NCBI GenBank assembly: GCA_965203905.1
Contig: CBDBDQ010000005.1
Coordinates: forward strand, 2,016,001-2,080,000
DNA length: 64,000 nucleotides
Direction of reading: 5' to 3'
Origin: Spirochaetia bacterium
GTDB taxonomy: Bacteria; Spirochaetota; Spirochaetia; SZUA-6; Bin103
Shown here: in pieces, positions 21,854 to 30,730 of the stretch
Layout of the letters: every line of letters starts with the position of its first letter
How positions within the stretch are numbered: position 1 is the first letter of the stretch
Notes under the pieces: model-generated
What the model saw: only the letters and a program-made list of their open reading frames with translations
Told to the model about the DNA's origin: nothing
Database searches by the model: none
Position numbers and translations under genes: made by a program

Positions 21854-21892
21854 CGCACCGCGTCGGCTGATCCACGCTATATTGAGTCTGGC

Positions 21893-22171
21893 GTGGCAGC
21901 GAACAATCGGCAGACGGCTCATCCGGTCGTCAATCTCGTGGTATGGCTGACCGCGATCGGGTTGATGGCGACGGTCGCGGCAGTGACCGGCGGGCGCCTG
22001 GTGGCGGTGGTGGGCGCGCTGCTCGCTGCCGACACGCCGCTGGTGGGCCGCATCGCGGTGGCGCTGGGCATGGGCGTGATCGCGCTGCTGCTGCTGTTGT
22101 TCTTCGTCTGGCTGGTCGCGACCCTGGTGCGCAACGCCGCCGCGCACGTGATACGCGGCCGCAAGCCCTGA
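21893..22171 (+). CDS. Small hypothetical membrane protein
   Basis: 92-aa ORF with two hydrophobic segments filling the gap between genes. Confidence 0.55.
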   Translation: MAANNRQTAHPVVNLVVWLTAIGLMATVAAVTGGRLVAVVGALLAADTPLVGRIAVALGMGVIALLLLLFFVWLVATLVRNAAAHVIRGRKP

Positions 22172-22210
22172 GCTGCCCGCACACGGCCGCATCCGCGACG
22201 TTCCCGGCAC

Positions 22211-23476
22211 TCAGGCGGTAGATTCGTCGTCCAGTTCCAGCTTGATCACCAGCACCTCGTCGGTGATCTCGTTCACCGGCAGGTCGCATATCCGCAGACA
22301 GGGGCGCGCCGTCCAGCGCCAGGGGATCACGTCCACCGCCCACGCCAGCTCGCGGCCGTCGTTGAGCAGGGTGACCGAGCGCGGTTCCTCGGCGAACCCG
22401 TTCAGCACCGCGCCGCCGGTCTGCAGGTCGTGCGGGCAGTGCACGTAGATGGTGTTGCCGCGTCGCGTGAGCAGCAGCTCATCGTAACGGAACAGGGTGT
22501 CTCCCGAGGCCCCCGCGGCGGTGCGCTGCACCAGGTAGGTACAGGGCACGGTGCCGTCGAACGCCTCCCGCACCCGGCCGTACCAGGCGCCGATGCGGCG
22601 CAGCGCCGCCACGCACTCGGCGGGGAAGGTGCCGTCCGCCTTCGGTCCCACGTTGAGCAGGTAGTTGCCGCCCATCGCCAGAATCCGGTCCACGCTCTGC
22701 ATCAGGAACTTGTGCGCGTAGTAGTCCTCGCCCTCGCGGTAGCCCCAGCTCTCGCGGCCCAGCGACTGCACCGCCTCGGTGGGACTGGTGAAGGCTGCAC
22801 CCTCCGGCACGTGCCGCTCCGGGGTCGAGTAGTCGCCGGGGGCGGGCCCGCGGTCGTTGATCAAGGCGTCGGGCTGCAATTCGCGGATCATCCGGTTCAG
22901 CTCGGGGGCGTCGAACTCGGCCACGTTGATGTCCCAGAAGAACTCGCCCAGCCTGCCGTAGTTGGTGAGCAGCTCGCGTACCTGGTTGGCCACGAACTCC
23001 AGGTACTTCTCCTCGTCCGGGGCGTCGCCCGGGCGCGGGCCGAGCATTTCGTGGTGGCGGCCCAGGTTGGGATAGTTGGGATGATGCCAGTCGGGCAGCG
23101 AGTAGTAGAAGCCGAGCCCGACGCCGCGGCGGTGGCACGCCTCCGCCACCATGCCGATGATGTCCTTGCCGTAGGGGGTGCGCATCACGTTGTAGTCGGT
23201 GTGGGCGGTGTCCCACAGGCAGAAGCCGTCGTGGTGCTTGGTGGTGATGCACAGGTGCTCCATGCCCGCCTCCTGCAGCACGTCGAGCCAGGCGTCGGGA
23301 TCGAACTGCCGGGGATCGAACTCGTGCACCAGCTTCTCGTAGTCGCGGCGGCGCATGTCGCCGCGCCACAGCACCTGCTCCTGCCACGCCGGGATGGCGT
23401 ACAGCCCCCAATGGATGAACATCCCGAACCGCTTGCGAAAGAACCAGTCGCGGCCGTCGCCGAACGGTTTGATCAC
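22211..23476 (-). CDS. Alpha-L-fucosidase (GH29)
   Basis: WF...RFGMFIHWGLY, TTKHHDGFCLW, YYSLPDWHHP, NYLLNVGP. Confidence 0.93.
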   Translation of the reverse strand: MIKPFGDGRDWFFRKRFGMFIHWGLYAIPAWQEQVLWRGDMRRRDYEKLVHEFDPRQFDPDAWLDVLQEAGMEHLCITTKHHDGFCLWDTAHTDYNVMRTPYGKDIIGMVAEACHRRGVGLGFYYSLPDWHHPNYPNLGRHHEMLGPRPGDAPDEEKYLEFVANQVRELLTNYGRLGEFFWDINVAEFDAPELNRMIRELQPDALINDRGPAPGDYSTPERHVPEGAAFTSPTEAVQSLGRESWGYREGEDYYAHKFLMQSVDRILAMGGNYLLNVGPKADGTFPAECVAALRRIGAWYGRVREAFDGTVPCTYLVQRTAAGASGDTLFRYDELLLTRRGNTIYVHCPHDLQTGGAVLNGFAEEPRSVTLLNDGRELAWAVDVIPWRWTARPCLRICDLPVNEITDEVLVIKLELDDESTA

Positions 23477-24051
23477 GCCTCTCCTCCTTGTGCCTGAACG
23501 GCCGGCGCCGCCGAGAGCCGCTGGTGGACCTCCTGCCAGCGCGCGGCGTGGCTGTCATGGGTCAGTTCCGGCTCGAAGCCGAGCTTCAGATAGGTCCGGA
23601 TCGCCGGCAGGCGCCAGTCGTCGGTGCTGAGCGTGGTCGCCGGCCAGCCTTCCCGGCGAGCGTACCACAGCACGGCGCTGCACACCTGCCGCCCCAGGCC
23701 GCGTCCCTGGTGGGCGGGCGTCACCGCCACCCAGCCCAGCTCGGAGCGCGGCTCGACTGCCGTGGGCGGCACGGTGCAGGCGGTGGCGACGGCGCGTTCG
23801 CCGCACAGAACCAGGTAGGTGCCCGCCGCCAGCACCGGCCGCTCGCCGGTCAGCAGCGTGTGCGCCCGCTGCTCGTCCCAGGTGCCGAGCTGTCCGTTGG
23901 CGGCGAGCACCGCGATCCAATCGGCCGTGTCCCGCTGCGCCAGCGTCGCCAGGGTATGGCCGGACGGCAGCCGCACCGGCGCCAGGGCGGCATAGGCCCG
24001 GAACTGCATGCGGAGCTGCGGCAGCTTCCGCTCGGGAGTCTCAGAAGTCAT
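23473..24051 (-). CDS. GNAT-family N-acetyltransferase
   Basis: WVAVTPAHQGRGLG, AIRTYLKLGF. Confidence 0.85.
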   Translation of the reverse strand: MTSETPERKLPQLRMQFRAYAALAPVRLPSGHTLATLAQRDTADWIAVLAANGQLGTWDEQRAHTLLTGERPVLAAGTYLVLCGERAVATACTVPPTAVEPRSELGWVAVTPAHQGRGLGRQVCSAVLWYARREGWPATTLSTDDWRLPAIRTYLKLGFEPELTHDSHAARWQEVHQRLSAAPAVQAQGGEA

Positions 24052-25063
24052 TGCGGACCCGTACCGGGCGTCCGCTGCGCAGCGACTCCCAGCAGGCCAG
24101 CCCGGTGGCAACCACCCGCGCACCGTCGCGCACCCCGACCCACGGCGTCTGTCCGTGCCGTATGCACTCCGCCATGTGCGCCATCATCACCAGCATCTCC
24201 TGGTGATGGCCCAGCGGCAGCTTGCTGGAGAAGGTCACCTCCGAGGAGCGCGCCGGCAGGTAGCCCGCGCCGTCCACCCGCTTGCGGGCGTTGCGGATGA
24301 CGCCGCGGGTGCCGTACACGGTGAGCTCGTTCATCGCCACCTCGGGCGGCTCCACCACGCCGAGGAAGGCGGCGACGCGACCGATCCTGCCGCTGGCGAA
24401 GCGCACGTTGATGACGAAGTTGTCCTCCTGGGGGTAATCCGGCGCCAGACCGCTGCGCTGCCCGTAGCAGTGCACCTCCTCGATGTCACCCATGAACCAG
24501 CGCAGCAGGTCGATCGGGTGGCAGCCCCCGCCGAGGATCAGGTCCTGCGGCATCTGCAGCCGCCACGGCGAGTAGTCGTACACCGGCCGCAGGTCGTGGA
24601 TGTAGTGCGACTCGGCCAGGTACAGTTCGCCGATCTCGCCGGCGTCGCAGGCGCGCTTGGCTTCCATGAAGTCGAGCCGGGCGCGCATCGACTGGGTCAC
24701 CAGCAGCACCCGGCCGCTGCGGTCAACCGCCGCCACCACCTGCTCCACCTCCTCCATGGTGTAGACCATCGACTTGGTCACCATCACGTGCTTGCCGGCG
24801 TCGATGGCGGCCAGGATCTGAGCCGCGTGCAGCGGTCCTGGGGTGTAGATGCCGATCACGTCCAGCTCCGGACGCGCCACCAACTCGGCAAAGTCGGTGG
24901 TGACGAACGGTACCTCGTAACGCTCCGCGGCCTCCCGCGCCCGCGCTCCGTCGCTGTCGCACACCGCCGTCACGCGCATGGGCAGGTGGCTGCCCGCCGG
25001 CGTGTTGGCCTGCAGCAGGGTAGTGCCGTGGCCGAGACCCGCCACGCCAAGCTTCAATTCCAT
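24041..25063 (-). CDS. Gfo/Idh/MocA oxidoreductase
   Basis: LGVAGLGHG, AGKHVMVTKSM, GCHPIDL. Confidence 0.88.
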   Translation of the reverse strand: MELKLGVAGLGHGTTLLQANTPAGSHLPMRVTAVCDSDGARAREAAERYEVPFVTTDFAELVARPELDVIGIYTPGPLHAAQILAAIDAGKHVMVTKSMVYTMEEVEQVVAAVDRSGRVLLVTQSMRARLDFMEAKRACDAGEIGELYLAESHYIHDLRPVYDYSPWRLQMPQDLILGGGCHPIDLLRWFMGDIEEVHCYGQRSGLAPDYPQEDNFVINVRFASGRIGRVAAFLGVVEPPEVAMNELTVYGTRGVIRNARKRVDGAGYLPARSSEVTFSSKLPLGHHQEMLVMMAHMAECIRHGQTPWVGVRDGARVVATGLACWESLRSGRPVRVRNDF

Positions 25064-25175
25064 GATTCACGATCCTCCCGCGCGTATTGTAGGGGCAGAG
25101 CGGCAACGCACCAACTCACGAAAATGGGCTATGAATAGCGTCCAACGACGCGCAACGGGGCGCGGGGGAGGTCAC

Positions 25176-26138
25176 ATGGGCGGCACGGCGGGCGGCGAAA
25201 CCATACAGCGGGTGGCGGTCATCGGCGCGGGTCTGATGGGCCACGGCATCGCCCTGGAGTTCGCGGTGGCGGGCCGCCGGGTGGCGATTACCGATGCCTC
25301 CGCCGCGTCCCTGGAGCAGGGTCTGGACAACCTGCGTAGCGGCGCGCAGACCCTGGCGCAGCTCGGCCTGGCGCCGCCCGCCGCCTGCGCCACGGCGCCG
25401 GAGCGCGTCACCGCCCACGCCGCGTTGCACGAAGCGGTGGCCGGTGCCGACCTGGTGATCGAGGCGGTAAGCGAGGAGCTGCCGCTGAAGCAGCGCATCT
25501 TCGCCGAGCTGGACGCCGCCTGCGGCGCCGGCGTGGTGCTGGCGAGCAACACCTCCACCTTCATGCCCAGCGCCCTCGCCGCCGGTACCCGCCACCCCCA
25601 GCGGATTCTCGTGGCCCACTACTTCAACCCGCCGCACCTGCTGCCGGTGGTGGAACTGGTGCCCCACGCGGACACCGACCCTGCCGTCATGGCGCGGATG
25701 CGGGATCTGTACCTGGCGCTCGGCAAGCGCCCGGTGGTGCTGCAGCGGGAGATCGCGGGGTTCATCGCCAACCGGCTGCAGCACGCGCTGCTGCGCGAGG
25801 CGGTGGCATTGGTGGAAGCGGGGGTGGCCAGCGCCGCGGAGGTCGACGCGGCGGTGAGCGGCAGCTTCGGCCGGCGGCTGGCGGTGGCGGGACCGTTCGA
25901 GGTCTCCGACCTGGCCGGGCTGGACGTGATCGCCGCCATCGCCCGCGAGCTGTGGCCCGAGCTTGCCGCCGGCACCACCGTGGCCGAGCTGCTGGCGCGT
26001 CCGGCCGCGGCCGGCGACTACGGCGCCAAGAGCGGCCGTGGCTTCGGCGACTGGCCCCGTGCCAAGGTGGATGCGGCGAAACAGCGTATCGCCACCGCCC
26101 TGGCCGCGACCGCCGCACTCCCCCGTGGCGGGCAGTAG
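25176..26138 (+). CDS. 3-hydroxyacyl-CoA dehydrogenase family protein
   Basis: VIGAGLMGHGIA, EAVSE, ASNTS, HYFNPPHL, GFIANRLQ; GGAGG RBS. Confidence 0.92.
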   Translation: MGGTAGGETIQRVAVIGAGLMGHGIALEFAVAGRRVAITDASAASLEQGLDNLRSGAQTLAQLGLAPPAACATAPERVTAHAALHEAVAGADLVIEAVSEELPLKQRIFAELDAACGAGVVLASNTSTFMPSALAAGTRHPQRILVAHYFNPPHLLPVVELVPHADTDPAVMARMRDLYLALGKRPVVLQREIAGFIANRLQHALLREAVALVEAGVASAAEVDAAVSGSFGRRLAVAGPFEVSDLAGLDVIAAIARELWPELAAGTTVAELLARPAAAGDYGAKSGRGFGDWPRAKVDAAKQRIATALAATAALPRGGQ

Positions 26139-26168
26139 GGGTTCGATACCGTCGCGGCCGAGACGCCG

Positions 26169-27014
26169 ATGACCGACCTGCTGCTCTCGGTGGTAGAGCA
26201 CCGTGTCTGTGATCACTACCAGCCAAAGCTACGCGCCGCTCTCGGCTGCGTGGATGCCGGCCTGCTCTGGGATGAATCGGACCCGAACCCTGTCGGTGCC
26301 ATCGTGCTGCACCTGCTGGCCCACCTGCGGGGCGTGACGAGGATGCTGTCGACCGGTAGTGCAAGGTCCGAGCCGCTCGAGGAGTTGTTTCCGGAAACCG
26401 GACAGCCGCCGGACGAACTGGTGGCCGAGCTGACCGCGGCCAGCCGCGACTTCCGAGCCGCGATCATCGCGTGTCGTCAGCGACAGTCGCTACCGGACGA
26501 CGTGACGGTGCAACGGATCCTGCACCTGATGGAGCATCTTGGCTACCACACCGGTCAAGTCGTGTACGCGATCCGAGCCAAGACCGGGCGTGAGTTCCGG
26601 TTCGCGCAGACCGGCCTCGACGAAGCCGCCCAGCGCCGGCTGGTCGAGCACGACCGCCTCATCGCCACTAAGGAAGAACGCTTCGACAAGGTCAAGGAGA
26701 TAGTCCGGGAAGATCTCGAAGGGCACTTTGGCGCCCTGTTTGCATTCGACCCTATCGTTGTCCATCCAGCAGTTGACGAGTTTGGGGATGGCGACGGAGA
26801 GGTCTACCTGCGCATCCTGATCATCTTCGATGGCGACCAGGATCAGCTCGATCCCGATTGGACATCCGGCTTGATCCCGCGCATTCGCCCGAGCTTGTTT
26901 GATGTCGGAGTAGAAGAATACCCGGTCCCGTCGTTCATCAAGAGAACCGAGTGGCAGAGCATGCTACCCAAGTGGCGTCGTTTGCACCCGGAAGTCCCCC
27001 TTGAGACCGGCTGA
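26169..27014 (+). CDS. DinB-superfamily domain fused to an MNT-like (antitoxin-like) domain
   Basis: N-half has N.VGAIVLHL and HLMEHLGYHTGQ; C-half 'FDKVKEIVREDLEGHF...PSFIKRTEW' is a close paralogue of 28965..29258. Confidence 0.75.
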   Translation: MTDLLLSVVEHRVCDHYQPKLRAALGCVDAGLLWDESDPNPVGAIVLHLLAHLRGVTRMLSTGSARSEPLEELFPETGQPPDELVAELTAASRDFRAAIIACRQRQSLPDDVTVQRILHLMEHLGYHTGQVVYAIRAKTGREFRFAQTGLDEAAQRRLVEHDRLIATKEERFDKVKEIVREDLEGHFGALFAFDPIVVHPAVDEFGDGDGEVYLRILIIFDGDQDQLDPDWTSGLIPRIRPSLFDVGVEEYPVPSFIKRTEWQSMLPKWRRLHPEVPLETG

Positions 27015-27210
27015 CTTCATCGCCACGGCGCGCATCATGCAAAAGGAGCGACATGACGCTGACTACGACCCCGATGCTGCCTTCTTCAAGTCCGCGGTGA
27101 TCGCAAGCATCGCCCACGCGGAAGCCGCGATTAAGCGCTTCGCCCTTGCTCCGCTGTAGGATCGGCGCGCATTCGCGGTATACGTGTTGCTGGATCTCAG
27201 ACCCAACTGA
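27001..27210 (+). pseudogene. HEPN-domain gene remnant (internal deletion plus in-frame TAG)
   Basis: Translates MRPADFIATAR|IMQKERHDADYDP...APL*DRRAFAVYVLL; aligns to both ends of 29290..29778 with ~88 codons missing; TAG at 27157-27159. Confidence 0.85.
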
Positions 27211-27283
27211 TAGTTACTCGATGCGGCCGCGCCGGCCGGAGTGCGTCCGGAGCCGGCGTCGTACGGCCGGATACGCTGGGGCG

Positions 27284-28087
27284 CTACAGGCGGTCCTCGG
27301 CGCGGTCGGCGGGTTCGAAGCCCAGCACGGCGCGCGTGTGCTCGGCGTCCAGCCAGCGGTAGCGGTTGCCAGACACGGCATAGAAGATGTCGAAGCGCAT
27401 TTCGGGCGGCGCGTTTACCGCCAGCTCGGCCACGGTCGCGACGTCGCGCTGGCTGCACCAGAGCGCCGAGCCGGCCGCGCCCTGAGGGGCGTCCGCCTTG
27501 TTCACGCCGCCGATGCGCAGGCACAGGCACGACAGGCCGTGGCCGTCGGCGTAGGCACGGCACAGGCCCTCGCCCCACACCTTGCTCGCCGAGTAGGGCT
27601 CGGTGGGGCGTACCGCATCGCGGTGGGTCACTTGGTGGAAGTCGGCGGGCACGGCGTCGAAGCGCGCCTCGCGGATCGCCTTGTAGGGCTCATCGAACTG
27701 GTAGCCCCAGTCGGTCATCACCGTGCTGGCGTAGACGATGCGCCGCACCCCCTGGCTCCGGCACGCCTCCAGCACGTTGTATCCGCCCACCACGTTGCTG
27801 TGCACGATGGCCGCGAACGGCGCCGATGGATCGGGCACCGCACCCATGTGCACCACCACCTCGGCTCCCGCGAACGCCTGCTCCACGGCCGCCAGGTCGC
27901 CCAGGTCGGCGCGCGCGTAGCGCTCCGGCGGGCAACTGAGAGGCTTCTCCGTGGCCACCCGCTCCGACCGCTCGTAACGCCGGCTGCTCCCGGTCACCTC
28001 GTAGCGCTCCGGCTGCGCCGCCAGGTGCGCGTACACCACGTCTCCGATCAACCCGGTCACTCCGGTCACGTGTACCTTCAACGGCAT
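27284..28087 (-). CDS. NAD-dependent epimerase/dehydratase (uronate dehydrogenase-like)
   Basis: VTGVTGLIG, YSASK, LRIG. Confidence 0.88.
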   Translation of the reverse strand: MPLKVHVTGVTGLIGDVVYAHLAAQPERYEVTGSSRRYERSERVATEKPLSCPPERYARADLGDLAAVEQAFAGAEVVVHMGAVPDPSAPFAAIVHSNVVGGYNVLEACRSQGVRRIVYASTVMTDWGYQFDEPYKAIREARFDAVPADFHQVTHRDAVRPTEPYSASKVWGEGLCRAYADGHGLSCLCLRIGGVNKADAPQGAAGSALWCSQRDVATVAELAVNAPPEMRFDIFYAVSGNRYRWLDAEHTRAVLGFEPADRAEDRL

Positions 28088-28226
28088 GCTCGTCGGTCAA
28101 CCTCCTGCACCGTCCGATTATACCCGGGAATGCCCGGAACGGTTGGGGCGCGGCCCAGGCCCGCCAAGCCCGGCGCAGGCGTTGCGGCACTCAGCGAGGC
28201 AGCTCTGCCAGCAATTGCCCAATTTG

Positions 28227-28465
28227 GGTAGTGGGTTTGAATTCCCCGCCTCTTGTGCAGGCCCAGCGGCCCTGGCTTGGGCTTCAGCTATAGATCACCT
28301 CGTAGGCCGTCCAATGCCGGCCGGCAACGCCAGCCGCCACGTCGCCAGCGGTTCGGCGAACTTTTTTCACCCTTTCGGGGTCAGTCGTAGGTGAGAATAA
28401 GAGGTGAGATTGACCTTTTTCCAAAACCTGCCACGATGTGTCGTGATAGTGGCTGACCCACTACC
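28227..28465. mobile_element. MITE (239 bp, non-autonomous)
   Basis: Perfect 10-bp terminal inverted repeats GGTAGTGGGT / ACCCACTACC flanked by 8-bp direct repeat CCAATTTG (28219-28226 and 28466-28473); no transposase. Confidence 0.85.
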
Positions 28466-28477
28466 CCAATTTGCTCG

Positions 28478-28760
28478 TCAGTGGATCTCGTCGTCGGCGC
28501 CGTCGGCTGCTACCGCCACGTCGCCCTGCAGGGTGATGGGCGTGGGGTGGCGGGAAGCACACAGATAGGATAGGCGGTGTCCTGGCCGTCACCATGTGGC
28601 CTATCGCGGTCTCGGCGGCCAAGTACTGCTCTGTCGCGGCGGGCTGCCGGCCCTCGGTCGCGTCGAGCCGCCGCCACCAGCTCCGGGGTGAGCTCGGTGG
28701 GCGGGGAGCCCGGGCACGCAGGTCACGTGTACCTTCCATGGCATGCTGGTCCAAACCTCC
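28478..28760 (-). pseudogene. Chimeric remnant: epimerase 5' end joined to SDR 3' end
   Basis: 28721-28760 matches 28064-28105 (RBS + MP[W/L]KVHVT); 28478-28728 matches 29791-30044 (EQYLAAETAIGHMVTA vs EQDLAAETAIGRMVTA); junction at shared GGTCACGT. Confidence 0.8.
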
Positions 28761-28810
28761 GGATTCGTTGAAGCGTGGCGCCGGTCCCGGCTTCGGTGCT
28801 ATCTTCGGGG

Positions 28811-28921
28811 ATGAGTCAGCACGGTCACACCGTGACACGCGAGACGATGCAGATCGATACACGGGCATCGCCTGCGGGCCCGGTATCCTCGGACCAAGGG
28901 TCACGGTGTCGGCTGCAGTAG
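28811..28921 (+). other. 36-codon ORF carrying the repeated MSQHGH.VT..T module
   Basis: MSQHGHTVTRETMQIDTRASPAGP...; TGnTATCTT 5 nt upstream; similar to the 5' ends of 18288 and 53079. Confidence 0.5.
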
Positions 28922-28964
28922 GGCGTAAGAGTGCGGTTCGCATGAAACGCCCATTGGGGAGACG

Positions 28965-29258
28965 ATGACACAACAGCAGTCATTCGAGAAGGTCAAGGAG
29001 ATCGTAAAGGAAGACCTCGAGGGGCACTTCAAGGACAAATTCGTGTTTGATCCGATCGTCGTAGAGCCTGCGGTGGACGAATTCGGAGATGGTACGGGCG
29101 AGACTTACCTCAATGTCCTGATCGTCTTTGACGGCAATCAAGACGATCTCGATCCGGAGTGGACCTCGGGGTTGATCGGGCGTGTATCCGACAAACTGAT
29201 CGCCGCGGACATCCAGGAATTTCCGTGTCCTTCCTTTATCAAGAAGTCGGAGTGGTAG
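28965..29258 (+). CDS. MNT-like small acidic protein, putative antitoxin partner of HEPN
   Basis: 97 aa, predicted alpha-beta-beta-alpha-beta pattern, GGGGAG RBS, immediately upstream of the HEPN gene; no canonical GS..DxD motif. Confidence 0.65.
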   Translation: MTQQQSFEKVKEIVKEDLEGHFKDKFVFDPIVVEPAVDEFGDGTGETYLNVLIVFDGNQDDLDPEWTSGLIGRVSDKLIAADIQEFPCPSFIKKSEW

Positions 29259-29289
29259 TCCAGAATCGTCTGACCTCGGATATCGAGCG

Positions 29290-29778
29290 TTGACGGCGAC
29301 GGACTACATCGCCACCGCTCGGGACTTGGCAGGTGCCAATAGCGCGGCGAAACCACGGGAAACCAACTTGCGGCGCGCGGTCAGCACCACTTACTACGCG
29401 ATATTTCACTGTATGGCAGCGTTTGGAGCTGATCTGCTCGCGGGAGACTTGACTGCCGATCGCAACAACTCAGCGTGGCGTCAAGCCTACCGAGCGCTGG
29501 ACCACGGAAACGCGAAGACGCGATGCGAGAGTGCCGAGATTGCACGATTCCCCGTGGCCATTCGGAATCTCGCCAAGTCTTTCATCGCCCTGCAGAAGAA
29601 ACGGCATTATGCTGACTACGACCCGGCGACAACTTACAATGGTAAGTCGATTTCCAAATCGGCGGTCATTCAAGACATCCGTAACGCTGAGACTGTCATC
29701 AGGCACGTTGGAAGTGTTTCCAAGAGGGATCTGCGCGCTTTCGCTATCTTCGTGTTACTGAAGCACAGAAAGGACTGA
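29290..29778 (+). CDS. HEPN-domain protein (UPF0332-like)
   Basis: LRRAVSTTYYAIFH, RALDH, LQKKRHYADYDP. Confidence 0.82.
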   Translation: MTATDYIATARDLAGANSAAKPRETNLRRAVSTTYYAIFHCMAAFGADLLAGDLTADRNNSAWRQAYRALDHGNAKTRCESAEIARFPVAIRNLAKSFIALQKKRHYADYDPATTYNGKSISKSAVIQDIRNAETVIRHVGSVSKRDLRAFAIFVLLKHRKD

Positions 29779-29790
29779 TTCGGGCGTGGT

Positions 29791-30594
29791 TTAGTAGCGG
29801 ATCTCGCTGGCGGCGCCGCCGGCGGCTACCACCACGTCACCCTGCAGGGCGACGGAGCGCGGGGAGGCGAGGAAACATACCAGCCAGGCGACATCCTGGG
29901 CGGTCACCATGCGCCCGATCGCGGTTTCCGCGGCCAGGTCCTGCTCGATCTCCGCGTCCGGCCGACTCTCCGCTGCCGCGCGCCGGGCTACCAGTTCCGG
30001 GGTGAGCTCGGTGCGCGTGGAGCCGGGGTGAACGCAGGTCACGTTGATGCCGTAGGGCCCCAGCTCGGTGGCGAGATTCCTCGTGAGCGCCACCACGCCG
30101 GCGTTGCGGATGCTGCCGATGATGGAGCCCGCGCGCCGCGCCGCCAGGCCGGCGACGTTGATGATGCGCCCCCAGCCGCGCTGTCGCATGAACCGGGCGG
30201 CTTCCCGCGCACAGCGCAGGTAGCCCAGCACCTTCACGTCCAGCGCCTGCTCGAACTGGTCGGCGGTCAGGTCCTCCAGCCCCGGGTTGGGCGCCAGCCA
30301 CGCCACCGGGGCCGCGCAGTTGACCAGTATGTCGACGCCGCCCAGCTCCTCCGCGGCGCGCTGCATCAAGGCGCGCACCGAGGCATCGTCGGTGGTGTCC
30401 GCCGGCACCGCTACGACCCTGTGGTGGCGCGAGGCTCCGCCCAATTGCGTCGCGGCCTGCTCCAGCGGCTCGCGCCCGCGCGCGGCGATCACCACCGCCA
30501 CTCCGGCCCCTGCCAACTCGGCAGCCACGGCCCGTCCGATGCCGCGGCTGCCCCCGGTCACCACTGCCGTACGCCCCCGCAATTCCAGATCCAT
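29791..30594 (-). CDS. SDR-family oxidoreductase
   Basis: VTGGSRGIG, DILVNCA, GRIINV, VHPG; GGAGGAG RBS. Confidence 0.92.
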   Translation of the reverse strand: MDLELRGRTAVVTGGSRGIGRAVAAELAGAGVAVVIAARGREPLEQAATQLGGASRHHRVVAVPADTTDDASVRALMQRAAEELGGVDILVNCAAPVAWLAPNPGLEDLTADQFEQALDVKVLGYLRCAREAARFMRQRGWGRIINVAGLAARRAGSIIGSIRNAGVVALTRNLATELGPYGINVTCVHPGSTRTELTPELVARRAAAESRPDAEIEQDLAAETAIGRMVTAQDVAWLVCFLASPRSVALQGDVVVAAGGAASEIRY

Positions 30595-30730
30595 CCCGAC
30601 TCCTCCCGTGCACACGGCCCGTGCCGTGCTCGCCGGGAGGTTACCAGCCGTGGACGGCCATTCGCCACCCGCAGGACCCGTCTGGTGCCGGGGATTTGAG
30701 ACCGGCGCAAAGACGGGTTAGGGTGACGCA

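Noticed and set aside
28231-28250. tRNA T-arm-like GTGGGTTTGAATTCCCC (also GGGGTTCGATACC near 26138) as att sites
   Set aside because: No cloverleaf, no match to the tRNA-Val 3' end and no integrase; the first lies within the MITE end
27157-29258. TAG recoding (in-frame TAG in the HEPN remnant; TAG aligned to CAG in the MNT-like paralogue)
   Set aside because: TAG terminates ordinary genes here (moxR, ppk1, nth), and the HEPN copy is also deleted, so nonsense mutation is the simpler explanation
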